The notes under the pieces were generated by a model. The model did not search any database, was not told the DNA's origin, and saw only the letters and a list, made by a program, of their open reading frames with translations. Of a DNA stretch of 64,000 bases, positions 1 to 12,100 are shown piece by piece. The DNA is taken from NCBI GenBank assembly GCA_003427395.1, contig BFEA01000037.1, positions 73,747 to 137,746 of the forward strand, in the 5' to 3' direction. This stretch comes from Chara braunii. Lineage: Eukaryota > Plantae > Charophyceae. The position numbers and the translations under genes were made by a program. How positions within the stretch are numbered: position 1 is the stretch's first letter; each line of letters opens with the position of its first letter.

Positions 1-216
1 AACGGACGCCGTTGTCGTCACATGTCAACGACGTCCCATGTCAACGACGTCATACATCAACGTCGTCAGGCTTTAGGTTTCTCAGTTATAGGGTTTGTCT
101 GAACAACTTTTGGCAACGTCAATCTCAACCAGTTCCTCAATCCCATAAAAAAATCGGACAACGACTGACCTTGACAAACTCGGGCAGAAACCCTTACAGG
201 GGTTTCTGTCCCGACA
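1..216 (-). repeat. 3' LTR (partial)
   Basis: Matches 7235-7450; similarity stops exactly at tgtcc(c/g)gaca. Confidence 0.8.
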
Positions 217-236
217 GCCTTCCCCGTCCCCATTAA
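217..236 (-). promoter_or_regulatory. Polypurine tract (TTAATGGGGACGGGGAAGGC)
   Basis: Purine-rich run on the minus strand immediately before the LTR TG. Confidence 0.7.
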
Positions 237-481
237 GCGACGTCCCCGTCGCTTATCATAAGCAATACAAGGGGAAGTCCTTATAAGATCTTACCAATTA
301 TATCACATAATCGCATTATATCTTAAATTAATCCAGATCTTACATACTCACTCATGAAAAGTGACGTTTTCGTCGTTCATCTTTCTTTCCTTTTATAATC
401 ACCTGGATACTCTTCTATGAAATACTCCATGCATATTTCATTACTCACAATACGTCAAACATTGACTTACTTTTAATCATA

Positions 482-565
482 ACAGAGGCTTACTTTCAAA
501 CCTTAAATAGATAGAGGCTTACTTTCAAGCCTTTGACATACAGAGGCTTACTTTCAAGCCTTTTG
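482..565. repeat. 3x ~30-bp tandem repeat (agaggcttactttcaa.cctt)
   Basis: Direct inspection. Confidence 0.85.
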
Positions 566-774
566 ATTCTTTCGAACCTTCCTTCGAAGACACTTTCATT
601 TAGTCACGAGTTGGAATGGGGCCAGAATTAACCTCCGGTGGGTTTTTCCCCGGAACCTGGAATCCACCGTTGGCTTTATCCAACCTGAGGAGTTACAAGA
701 ACATTTCAGAAGAATGATCCCAACGTCATCCCACTGGCGGACACTCATTCTCTCTTCTTGTCTCTCATAGATGG

Positions 775-851
775 GTCAGGCTTATCCCCCTGTTAGGACT
801 CTCTTCAGGCTATAACCCCCTATATAGGTCTTGTCAGGCTTAACCCCCTGC
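775..851. repeat. 3x ~29-bp tandem repeat (tcaggctta.ccccct)
   Basis: Direct inspection. Confidence 0.7.
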
Positions 852-2065
852 GGGTCTTTCGTCACACAGCGCATATTACCAGGAATTTAACCTGGGCCTC
901 TCGTGTCCATGGGGGTGCATTCCTAACACCTCAGCATGTCTCTCGCTGTCAGGAATTTAACCCGGGCGCCCCACGAAACACAAGGGTACTCACACTATAC
1001 TACAACATGTGTCGGTGCCATCCCAGAGAGAAATCATGCTTTCAGAAGTCCTCGTCCAGTCCGGCTGATTCCCACTCCAACTTAATCACCATGCATGATT
1101 TATCTCCTACATGTCTTGCGAATGCGTCGAGGAGTGGTGTAATCCATGGAGGATAACATCTCGACGTCAAGCCCCGCTTTAGACTCGAGCCTCACCACCT
1201 TCCCTCTGATTCCAGTGTCATACATCCGTTAGTACCATACCTGCAAGGTTGAACTACCCCTCCATTATGACCTAGGCTGATCAGACCCGACCATAAAGTC
1301 GAGGCGACCCCATCCACCACAAAAGAAAAGGTGATCAATCTTTCCCTCATGGCAAACGGTAATCGCCACCCTCACAAGCCAGGTTCCGACAAACATATTA
1401 CCACTTTCCTCCCTTTCGACCATAGTGTAGCCATCCCCCTCGAAAGGAGAAATGACAGCATCCCGCTATGGACCAGGAACAAAGTTCCGGCGCAGGCCTC
1501 ACTACCGTCTACGAGGCTCACAACATTAGGATTCCTCATTGCATAACAATTAGAACACAACCAAATCATAAGGCAAGATAGGTAATCGAGCCACATGTCT
1601 AACGCTAACGCACAAGCATATGATTCGAGTACATGTCCTTTCCCCAGACTTGTACTTACAAAATCTTTTATTCACCACAAAATACACGGAGTTTCATAAG
1701 AGTTTCAGATCTCTCAATCCCTCATGTAATGATGGTCTCTCATCATTACTGCAATTTCACTACTTTCCATCCGTAGCGTCACTGTCACAACCTCTCATAT
1801 GGCTTGTTCAATTGCAGGTAAAGACTTTCAATTCAAACACAATACACGTGACAGAAGTCACGCTTTTTCGATTAATAGTTGTCATCGAACCTATTCTTAA
1901 GGTTATATTTCTCCTGCGAGTCTAAGATAAAAGCGAGTATCACATGAACCAAAATGTAAAGTACAAGGAGTTATCCTCCTCATCCCTTTAGAGGTCAGAG
2001 TTACTAACCTTTCTCTTAGCCAAGCAAAAAGAAAATATAACTTACATCATTCAGTTCCCGAGTGT

Positions 2066-2500
2066 CGTTCCACCAGGGACAACGGTAGTTTGCCGTTATC
2101 CCCGGCAACGGCGCCACTCGTTGAGCGCATCGGCTCCCGCGCGAGCGAGGGCCCTCCCGGCCGCGTCACGCAGGAGAAACTTAGCTTTCCTACTTTTTAG
2201 AGACAGCTTGGCGACAACATGGTAACCCGCGTCGACCCGTCGCCGCTCCGGCCGAGTGCGCTAGTTGTACATCCCGCGGTCCCCTACGACAGGACAGGTT
2301 CTCGCGGGGCACAACTTACCTTCCCTAAGGGGTTGTCACCACCCTTAGGGGCGTATCCCCACCGAGCTACCGACCCACATGCGAAAGTTTTTATAATGCA
2401 GTTGCAGAGGTAGGGCGGCCGAGGGCGTTTGCCCGTTCGCTGTAGCATAGGTACGCATAGTTAAACGCCAAAGTGGACCCGAACGTCGTCTGTCCCTGGG
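2066..2500 (-). ncRNA. Conserved structured leader element, copy A
   Basis: Homologous to 8195-8630(+), 13232-13720(-) and 22850-23320(+), with compensatory helix changes. Confidence 0.6.
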
Positions 2501-4789
2501 GCGCTGATCTCCCAGGAATCAGACCGACNNNNNNNNNNNNNNNNNNNNNNNNNNNNNNNNNNNNNNNNNNNNNNNNNNNNNNNNNNNNNNNNNNNNNNNN
2601 NNNNNNNNNNNNNNNNNNNNNNNNNNNNNNNNNNNNNNNNNNNNNNNNNNNNNNNNNNNNNNNNNNNNNNNNNNNNNNNNNNNNNNNNNNNNNNNNNNNN
2701 NNNNNNNNNNNNNCAAGCGTAAGGAAGACTTCTAGCGATCCTAGTCCCTTCTTTTGAAGACAATCAAGAGTCACTCAGACAAACCCTTTTAAAAAAAAAG
2801 ACTCAGGTCAACGCAAGTTGACTTATCTTCCAAAATCAACTTATATGTAATACAATCATGCATACGACAAAGGTTGACTTGGCTTCAAACAACACCTATC
2901 AATAAAAGCTCAAAACATGANNAATACACAAGGCGANACTCAAGTGGCGTCTGACTAAAATATCTTCANTCTGCNTGCCANACGGCTGGACCGTCACGAC
3001 TTTTTCGACTGGATGAGATGCGTTGCCAAGTTTTTTCATTCCGCCCCATACCGACTGCTAGCANNGAATATGAGCGCCCCAACTCTCAAGCAGAGTTAGA
3101 GTGTCATTGTTTTAATGATGACTTCACGCTTTTCCTCTAACTTAGGTGTGAATGCCATCTGCAAATAACTCGGCTACCATCTATACAAATCAGCGACCAA
3201 CTCGAACAATTGGACGCTCGATGCCCCATTGAGGTCAGCGATTCACCTTCAAACTTTGTCGGTCGCTCTGTCCTCCAGGACAATAATTACTCTTTCTGTT
3301 CCAAAGTACCAACTTTCGACATGAAGATATTTACAACAATACTCTATTCACATCTTTCCGTCAACTAGTTTGATCTCCTAAGGTTTGCACTTTTATGGTG
3401 CAACCCTATCCGCGAAGTAAGTGCCTAGTCGCACTCCGTTCATAGCTAGTAAAAACACGAACTGGGCTTCTTATGGCGTCAGTCCTCCATTCGTTTGTGT
3501 CTCCTAAGACGGCCACAAAGGGTAAACTATGACGGTCCTCCTTAGAGTAAGCCGACAATGACTTAACGTCTTCCGTGAATAGCGCATGTCCATCCCCTAG
3601 GAGGTGGTCTGGGATACCCCTCGTCCTCGCCCGAGTGAACCTCGGATCTNAGAAGTCGGGCCGGCTCCGCCACAACANCATGGTATCCCTCCGCAGTGCN
3701 GTCCACTCCGAGTCGATCACANGGCCNNCCCCTAAGNCAACGAACCCCCGCCTCAGATGCCTCCTAGGGAAAGGAAACGCCTCTACCACAGCAGACGATC
3801 AACCCCTTGCCGCCTGGCGTCAAGGTGAACCTAGACGGAGAAGAAGATCACAGAGAAGAAAAACATTCAGACAGACGCGCATAGACAAATGTGGTCATTC
3901 GGGAAAGAACGGGTAACATCTGAAACAAGTCCATGTCCGATTAAGTTTCTTTTTTTTTGTGTGTGTGATCGTTCCTTTTATCGTCGTCAACTGATTTTCT
4001 CTCTTGTGACAAACATGCAAACAAGAGATAGAAGACAAACACGCTGTTCCCATTTTCATTGACATGGTCAATCTCGTTTTCAAGCTTTCTTCTACCTACC
4101 TGCACATCAGATCAAACAACAAGTTCAAAGGAAAACAATGCAATTCACACTCACGTCAGACTTTCATTCACACACGCAATCACACATCTTCTCTACCTAT
4201 CCAGTGAACATTCAAAGAACAGGGCCAAGCAAGTGTGGGTTCACACAAGTGTGACACACAGGTGTGAAGGGGTCTGAGTCAAACAACTGACCGTGAGTGA
4301 AGTTGAAGAGACGGCCCACTCAAGAAGACCGTGTAAAATCACACTCCAGAGAAGACAATCGTCACAACAAGTCGCCCGCANAACGATCTANNCTACTTNC
4401 TAGTACGGTNGCTTNCCGCGACACCCTCTNAACACACAACCACCTCCCAGTAATCTGACGGCGTCTCAGCGTCTCCGCCACCAACCGCACCACCACGCCG
4501 TTGCCGACAATACCAGAACATGCTGCCACAAAATGCCACTCGCAGTCTAAGCGCTTTCACGTCACCACCTAGAACGTGCTGTTGCCGCCGCAAAAGTTCA
4601 GCAGTACGTCCGCGTCGCTGCCAGAAAAAACACTGTCGACGCCGAAAGATTTCGACAGCACCTCCGCATCACCACCAAAATCTCAGCGATGCCGCTGCAA
4701 AAAATTGGCAGCGCTTCCGCGTCACTACCTTGAACGCACTGCCGCTGCCGCAAAAAAAACCGGCAGCGCTTCCCCATCACCGTCAAAAA

Positions 4790-4945
4790 GCGTTGCCGTT
4801 GCCGTGCCAAACAGGCAGAGTTTCCCCTGCACCGCTTGCCGAAGACTCACCGCTGCCGTGCAAGACGGGCACAGTTTCCCCTGCGCCGCTTGGTAAAGAC
4901 CCTGCCGCTGCCGTGCAAAACGGGCAGAGTTTCCCCTCTGCCCCA
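4790..4945. repeat. 3x ~57-bp tandem repeat (gccgtgc.a.ac.ggca.agtttcccct)
   Basis: Direct inspection. Confidence 0.8.
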
Positions 4946-6347
4946 CCAGCTGCAGCGGCAGCTATGGCTGCCCTCACTCTCATGCTCCCTGCAGACCTCG
5001 AGCGCTTCCCTCTCTCTTCACCTTGCTGAGATGGCGGCTATGGCTGTGTTCCACAGCTATGGCCACCTCCAGCAGTTCTCTTCCTCCCTCGCCTGCAGAC
5101 CTCCTCTTCAACCAGCAAGAGTTCCCCCTCCTCTCATTAGCAGCTCCTCCCAGCAGCAGCAAGCCAGCATTCACTCAAGTGAATTGCTAGCAGCACCAGC
5201 CACAAATGATTTCTGGTTGGCTGCTTGCTGGCTGCTTTTATAGTTGTGGGAGGTAGTGGTAGCAGCCTGAGCTCTCAGCCAAAAATTCGAGCTCAGGCTG
5301 GGCCCTTGGTGAGATCAAGGGCACATACCAGCCCCACACAGCAGAAATGGCCAGGTCCACTCATAAAGAAAAGGACCTGGCCCTCTTCCTGCNGTAAAAC
5401 GAGCAAGGGGGGGCTGTATCTAGCCAGAACCCTTGTTGGTCTGCTACTGCTGAGGTTCAATCTCAACAGTGCACCTTCTCCTAGACCTGGCCAAGTTCAG
5501 AGCCAGGCTCTTAGCCGGTTTGCTGCACAAGGTGCAGCGAACCACTTGGGAACATGGCCCGGACAGCGGCCAGGTTCAAGCAAAAATTAAGAAAGGTGCC
5601 CTCTTTCTCTCTCAGCCCTGGCCATATTCGGTGCAAGCCCCTTTGCTAGTTTGTTGCACCAAGTGCAGCAAACCTCTTGGGAACCTGGCCCCGACAGTGA
5701 CCAGGTACGTTATTTCTTTTATTTTTGTTGATGGTCTAGCAACCTCGTTTTGCCTCAGTCCCCCCCCCTCTTCTTTTCTCTTCTTCTTTTTTTTTCTCCC
5801 CTGCCCTCCCCTGAAAATGGGGATGGCCGTTGTCAAATTGGGAGAGGTAGGGAAAGAACTCGTGAAAATTCACGAGTTCAAATCCCGACAGCCTCAAAGC
5901 GGGGTGCAAACGTACCCCGACTTTGAAGAATTTTAGAAAAATATTCGCTAGATAAACAAATCTAAAAACATTCATGGACATGGCGTACGTGCCTGACTAC
6001 CTACAGAAAAAAAATCAAGGTCAACAAAATTATTTTGCGCCACCAAAAAAATAGTGGCGCAAACTGAAAAATCCAGCTTCTCAGAAAAACTCAGATCCTG
6101 TTTTTTCGTTTTCTTTTTCTTTTCTTTTTTTTCTTTTCTTTTTTTTCTTTTCTTTTCTTTTCTCTTCTTACTCCCCCTAACAACGGGGAGGCAGCTGGCA
6201 GGTCGGGAGGAGCAGGTCCTCCTCTCCCCATCCTCTCATTTCTCTTTCTCTCTCACTCTCCACTCAACTCCAACCCCCTCTTGCTTTCCGTGTCTGAACT
6301 GTGGGCCGCGAGATTTCAAGATCTCGCGGCCACAATCATCTGCCCAA

Positions 6348-6428
6348 AACGAAGTGGGAGTCTTGGTGCTCCCACACAGTCTCCAAGACGAAGTGGGAGC
6401 CTTTGTGCTCCCACACAGTCTGCAAAGA
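6348..6428. repeat. 2x 39-bp tandem hairpin repeat (gtgggag-N8-ctcccac)
   Basis: Direct inspection. Confidence 0.8.
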
Positions 6429-6574
6429 CTGTTTTCCCTTTTTTTTTTTTTTTTTTTTTTTTTGTCGTTGGCTATGTCAACGGCCACGTCAGTTGTCACA
6501 TCGTGTGGCCCCCCCCTAACACGATCTGTTGAATTACAGACCCAAGTTCGACCCCATCCGAGACCAAAAAAGGG

Positions 6575-6625
6575 AAAATTTTGGCCTTTTCACGATTTAT
6601 GTGTGTCATCCTTGCGCAGGGGCCA
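6575..6625 (-). ncRNA. U6: 3' half of U6 snRNA (fragment) at the PBS position
   Basis: Minus strand reads TGGCCCCTGCGCAAGGATGACACACATAAATCGTGAAAAGGCCAAAATTTT. The first 23 nt equal the invariant U6 ISL region and the rest follows the plant U6 3' end to the oligo-U. The 5' half (ACAGAGA box) is absent. Confidence 0.9.
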
Positions 6626-6628
6626 CTT

Positions 6629-7450
6629 TGATATGGGCGCGGTAGATCTCAGTCGCGCGATCTTGAGGATAGCGCGACCGAGATTGGCCGCGCCCAACTG
6701 CCTTGGGCTGCTCCAAAAGGAGCTAGCCCGGTAAGATGCTTGCAGCCAAGCTTGATCCCGGTACCAGATAGGTAAGAGTCCTCTGCGATAACCTACTGGG
6801 CTAGCTCCTATCATGATAATGACNGGAGCAGCTCGGCTATGTGAAGANCTCNCNNAGTCAGGTTTCCCCCATACCGTGACCTTGCAGGCTTTGCCTGCCC
6901 GCTTCTTCCCTATGGATGGCTGCCCATCCACCANTNCGGGCCCGCCCATNGGGTAGGCCTCGGTATAGGCCTGCTGGCCTCCTCTTGGCTCGAGGTTAAC
7001 CCGGCGGCCCAGAAAAAAAGGAAAAAAACCTTNCTATTCCTCTCGCACCGTAGCCCTATACCCTGCGCATCCCTCCTTNTTAGCCTACTTAGGCCCTGAA
7101 TCGCGCGGCTGCTAAGCCGCGCGACATCTTTTAGGTAGAATAAGTCTAGTCTCAGACTTTCTACGACCGCGCACCCCTGCGGCCATGTCGAGACCCGCGA
7201 ACGACAGGCCATACCGCCGACTCCCGCTGTCTCGAACGGACGCCGTTGTCGTCACATGTCAACGACGTCCCATGTCAACGACGTCATACATCAACGTCGT
7301 CAGGCTTTAGGTTTCTCAGTTATAGGGTTGGTCTGAACAACTTTTGGGAACGTCAATCTCAACCAGTTCCTCAATTCCATAAAAAAATCGGACAGCGACT
7401 GATCTTAACAAACTCGGGTAGAAACCCTTACAGGGGTTTCTGTCCGGACA
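6629..7450 (-). repeat. 5' LTR (~822 bp; left boundary inferred)
   Basis: TG at 6629 and CA at 7450. The right part matches 1-216. On the minus strand CA is followed by 3 nt and then TGG. Confidence 0.65.
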
Positions 7451-8194
7451 GCGGAAAGGACAAAAGCATGTTCCGGTCAGTAAACCCGAATTTCGGTAGT
7501 GCGAAGCGACGCGTGGGAGGGTACTAGTCCTAGCTGGCCTATGGGAATCCGCATACGAGCTCCCAACGTCTCAAATGTCGGATCCACGCACCCCTTTTGT
7601 ACTAACTTGCCTCTCCTATTTAGAAAGGCCTATCAAGCTATACGAGTTGGAATATGGGCTAGGTAGAGGGAGAAAATGGGTTCTCTATCTGCGTTTGCTT
7701 CCTCTTTTGAGTTGTCATAGTTGGACGTTGTAGTCCGTGACAGCCGTCAAAGTCAAACCCCTTGATCTTTGGCCACCACGATGGCTTGAAGCTGTCTACT
7801 CAACCCCTTTGCACAGGGCGCAAAAGAGGGTGTGGTATTCAACCCCGCATGACGGTTGTCTAACGCCGAGAGGGTAACTCCTCAACGCACTTGTCACCCG
7901 ACACTTGGGTGTCGAACACGACCCTCGAGATTAACAAGGGCTGCGTGGTTACGAGTACTACGGAGTACCCAATAAGAGCGAGCGCTCGCTTGTGCACGCA
8001 TGGCTGGTCAATATGAGAACACCATGCGCCAGCCCAACTTTTTATGCCGGGTTCAGCGAGCGAGGCCTATCTGAATCTCACTTCGGGAAGTTATGGGTTG
8101 GATACTTAAGGGACTAGGAGTGTTATTGCGTCGTTGTGTTGATTGTGTCGTGTGTTTTTGGATGTGAGTGTTGTGTTGTAACACGTGGCGTGTG

Positions 8195-8630
8195 TGATAC
8201 GTCCTAGTCGACCGGCGTCGAGTCGTGCTTGTGACCTCAGCCCCCCAGTGTGTCGACTCGCATACGGGTTCGATCTATGGGCGTTCGACCGCGCGTACCC
8301 CAATGCTACACCGAACGAGAAACGTCCTCGGCTGGGCCACCTCTGCAATTACGAAAAACCTTCATATGTGGTTCAGTAGCTCGGCGGGGATACGTCCACC
8401 TAAGGGATGGTGACAACTGTCGCAGGTGGAGGTAAGCGGTGCCTCGCGTGACCCTGTCCTGTCGTAGGAGCTCGCAAGAGGTACGGCTGACGCACTCGGC
8501 CGGAGCGACAAAACACTCTCCGCGACAACTCCTGCCAAATCCTGCGTGATGCGCCCGGGAGGGTCCCCGTGCGGGACCGATGCGCTCGACACCGCTGTCT
8601 GGTTGCGCCGATCAGCAGCCAATATTGAGG
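8195..8630 (+). ncRNA. Conserved structured leader element, copy B (3'-diverged)
   Basis: Aligns to copy D, including the upstream ggaag.ttatggg...aagggactagga segment. Confidence 0.6.
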
Positions 8631-9091
8631 GTTGCGCCTCAGTGATGTCAGTTATACCCCTAGCCGGGTCCTTTATAAATACCCCAAGATTAGCACAAGT
8701 GGTTGGACGGTGTGTCGCAACAACACAGGCCTACTGCGGGACTATGCAAAGGTCTGTCACATATAAAAGACATTTACTAACTCTCTGTGGGACAACACAT
8801 AGAGAATACAACAACCTCTCCACAATCACAAAACAGAAGCACCGCCAGGACCGCAAGGTCGTGGCCCCCTCACTTTATCAGAGCAAGAAAACCAACCCAA
8901 AGACATCTCCCAATGAAGCTTTTTGCGACCTTTACAAAAATTTCACCAATGGCCAAGCAAAAACGTGGTCCTCCTCGTCAGACTTTATTAACCCACCCTT
9001 CATACGAGGGAGGTCTCACTCAATAGGTCTCCCAACCAGACCACTGAATCTATTAACCACCAATGGCCAAGCAAAAATTTCACCAATGGCC

Positions 9092-9129
9092 CTGTCTCTT
9101 ATACACATCTAGATGTGTATAAGAGACAG
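9092..9129. other. Nextera mate-pair junction adapter (Tn5 mosaic ends), assembly artefact
   Basis: Exact CTGTCTCTTATACACATCT+AGATGTGTATAAGAGACAG, flanked by a ~90-bp direct duplication. Confidence 0.98.
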
Positions 9130-12100
9130 ATACGAGGGAGGTCTCACTCAATAGGTCTCCCAACCAGACCACTGAATCTATTAACCACCAATGGCCAAGC
9201 AAAAATTTCACCAATGGCCACTGAATCTATTAACCACCCTTCATACGAGGGAGGTCTCACTCAATAGGTCTCCCAACCATCCCTCTCTCTCTATGATGAA
9301 TTTTCAGACGCCCTTTCATTAAAACATCTTCCCTCTTTGAAGATGATTCTTTCAATAAGCAAAAGACTGTCTTCTCACAAAAGGCGTTTTTACCATAAAA
9401 CAACTCAAACTGAGAGACCAACTTATGAGTCCCCCTCACAACTCAACAATAAACATTTGGCATGACAAACATTCGAGTCTCAAAGACTCAAAAATCCCTT
9501 AGGATTCTCACACTTTTCACAAAACAGACTCCACTACCTCTTCTTATACCCGACCCTATCTCCCGCCCGTGGGCAGTTTGCGCGAGTATACCGAAGAGTA
9601 GACAGTTCACATTCATTCACATTCACACAATACACAGTACACGAGATGTTTCCCATACATCTCTCACACAAAGTCATCATACATCAGGATAAGACCACAC
9701 ACGTGAGAGTGATTGTGATCGTCAGATATAGGGATGTAGTCTCAGATAAAGCTTCAACTCAAATATACACTCCGAAATGTAATATCCCAACTCAAAAGCG
9801 AACCAATATGGTCTTGAATTACATATATACACATAGAGTTGAACAATCTCAACTCAAATTGGTACCAGTATCACACACAAAAATTGTGTCCTCCCTGACC
9901 AGAGCTAAAACTGAAACAGTCTTAATCAGGGCGCAATCGCATCCCTCAAATCGGAGGGATCTAGGTAATTCGGGACATATCTAAGTAACCAAGCAACACA
10001 ACGACTCACTCATATACAAATCTCACATACTACATTTATAGTTTAGAGAGTCTACCTCACACACGCCGATGTCTCCTCCTAAGTCTCTCATACCTCTCAC
10101 ATATGTACAATCCCCCTGACCTAAACACGAAATAGGTCTCATCCTTTCTCCTCTCAACGCTAGGACCAATGAAATAAACCTTTGTAATAATGTCATAAAA
10201 CCACTCCTTGCTCCATCCACTGGAAACATTCCAGTAACGCGGTTTTTGAGACAGTCCTAACGTACCCCACATATACAGTCATTCTATTGGGGTTCCTCCC
10301 GCCTACAACTCGGGTTGTTTTACCGGACTATTATTACAAAACCTTCTTCGTATATTATCAGGTTTCCCGCTGACTAACGTACGGGATTAAAATCACATAG
10401 TCAGTCAGCATGTTACCCCAACTCTTATATCCAAGCATATATACAAGTCTTCGCAAAGTGCAAGGGTACCCTGCTATCGGTCTGCTATAACTTGAACCTC
10501 ACCCCAATCTACAGCTCTCTCATTTGGATCATGGGAGCTCACATAAGCATCAATAACATTGGCCAAGCTCCTCAGTCCTTGGCCATGGGGTAAGAATCTT
10601 TGGTCCAGATACATGTCATACACCAACCCGCACGTGTACCTTGCATATCCTCGTTCTCACGTCTTCAAAGCGGCTTCTGCTGCGGGCTCTACCCTTGTCT
10701 GTTCCCCAAAACACTCTTCTATCAGGAACTTAGCCATAACAACTCATAATGGAGTTGAAGGAAACGCAAACCCTTCGGCGGGTCTGACCTCTATATGGGT
10801 CTCCACCTGCTCTTCTCCTTCTTGGACCCTGTTACTAGTTTACTTTGTTGCAGCTCCCTCAGCTACCCTCAAAGGCTTCGTCAGCAGACTCTCATGCCCA
10901 AGCACCAACTCAATCCCATGTAAGACCCAAAACGACAAAGATACATAAAGGGTCACCCTCATAATCGCACAGTCCTGATCACCATCAAAACCGGACTCGA
11001 TCCAGGCGAAAAATCATTTTCTATCGATGCACCCCACCAGGCAGAGATATACTCTTCTTCCTTGACTCGCCTCAGCAAGGAAATCTCAAACCCATCTTCC
11101 TTCTCGACGGGCAGGGTCACACTGGGATCTTCCCCAGCATAAGGCATCCTGAGTTGCCTTCGCTCTGGTCTAGGTTCTGCCCATCACTGAAAAACTTTCA
11201 GCGTACGCCTTCCGTTATCATATTGATAATCGCACTCTACAATCCGTACCCCTGAAGCCTTGATTTCAAATCTTCTGTCCCTAAAATGCATCATTTCCAG
11301 TGTTTACGACCACCCAGCTTAGAGAAAATGATAATGGTAATATATCGCGATAACATTGCATTCACATATATCAAAAATTCATAATTCTAGTACACATGAA
11401 AAAAATATATTACATAGTAACTGACACCAATAATACGTATGACAACCAAATGCATTATGTATAACAAGGCCGCTAACAACTAACACTCTCAAACATAATA
11501 TCAACGAGAGTACCACATTTTACTCCTCTAGCTTTGACAAAAGTATACTGTGGCGAGGGGCAGTGTAATCCTTTTTAGAAAGGATAGCATCTAGACTCCC
11601 CGAGCCCCGCTCAAGGATCAAGCCTCGCCGCTTCTTCCTCCGATTCCAGCACTGACCTCTTGCAGACCCTTACCTATAAAGTAACCAACCTCACCATACA
11701 CACTTCGGGATGCGTCATCCCGTCCTGTGCTGGTGAACCTACTTGACGCTATTTGGGGATTCACCCCCTACCTTTTTTTTCCTCATAGGCCATGGTATAA
11801 CAAGGCTCAAATACTTTCCTCTTATTCAGTGGTAGTGTAGTCATTTTATCACAGAAGATATAACAACAACACCCCACTATGGACCAGGAACATGGTTCCG
11901 GTGTGGGTCTCACTACTACCTACAAGACAAAATTATAGTTTCTTCAAAGCGATCTCTCAGGGGAATTATAACATAGGATTGCAACCTTCCTTGGGGTAGA
12001 CCTTACACATTGACTATTCCTTGAGAAGAACTTGTCCCCAGGGAGTAGCCACTCCTCACCTCTGAATCCGCATCAGACGTGGATTCTGCGCAATGCTTTT

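Larger units (their letters stand above)
1..7450 (-). mobile_element. Non-autonomous (LARD-like) LTR retroelement, left LTR cut by window edge
   Basis: 1-216 is a near-identical direct repeat of 7235-7450 and both end ...GACA. A minus-strand polypurine tract abuts the left copy. No RT/IN motifs recognised internally. Confidence 0.75.

Noticed and set aside
2066-2500. Group II intron identity for the four-copy structured element
   Set aside because: No recognisable domain V or GUGYG...AY boundaries.
6575-6625. Functional U6 gene
   Set aside because: The 5' stem-loop and ACAGAGA box are missing, and the upstream sequence is LTR-like.
9092-9129. Natural Tn5/IS50 ends or horizontal transfer
   Set aside because: It is the synthetic mosaic-end junction adapter.
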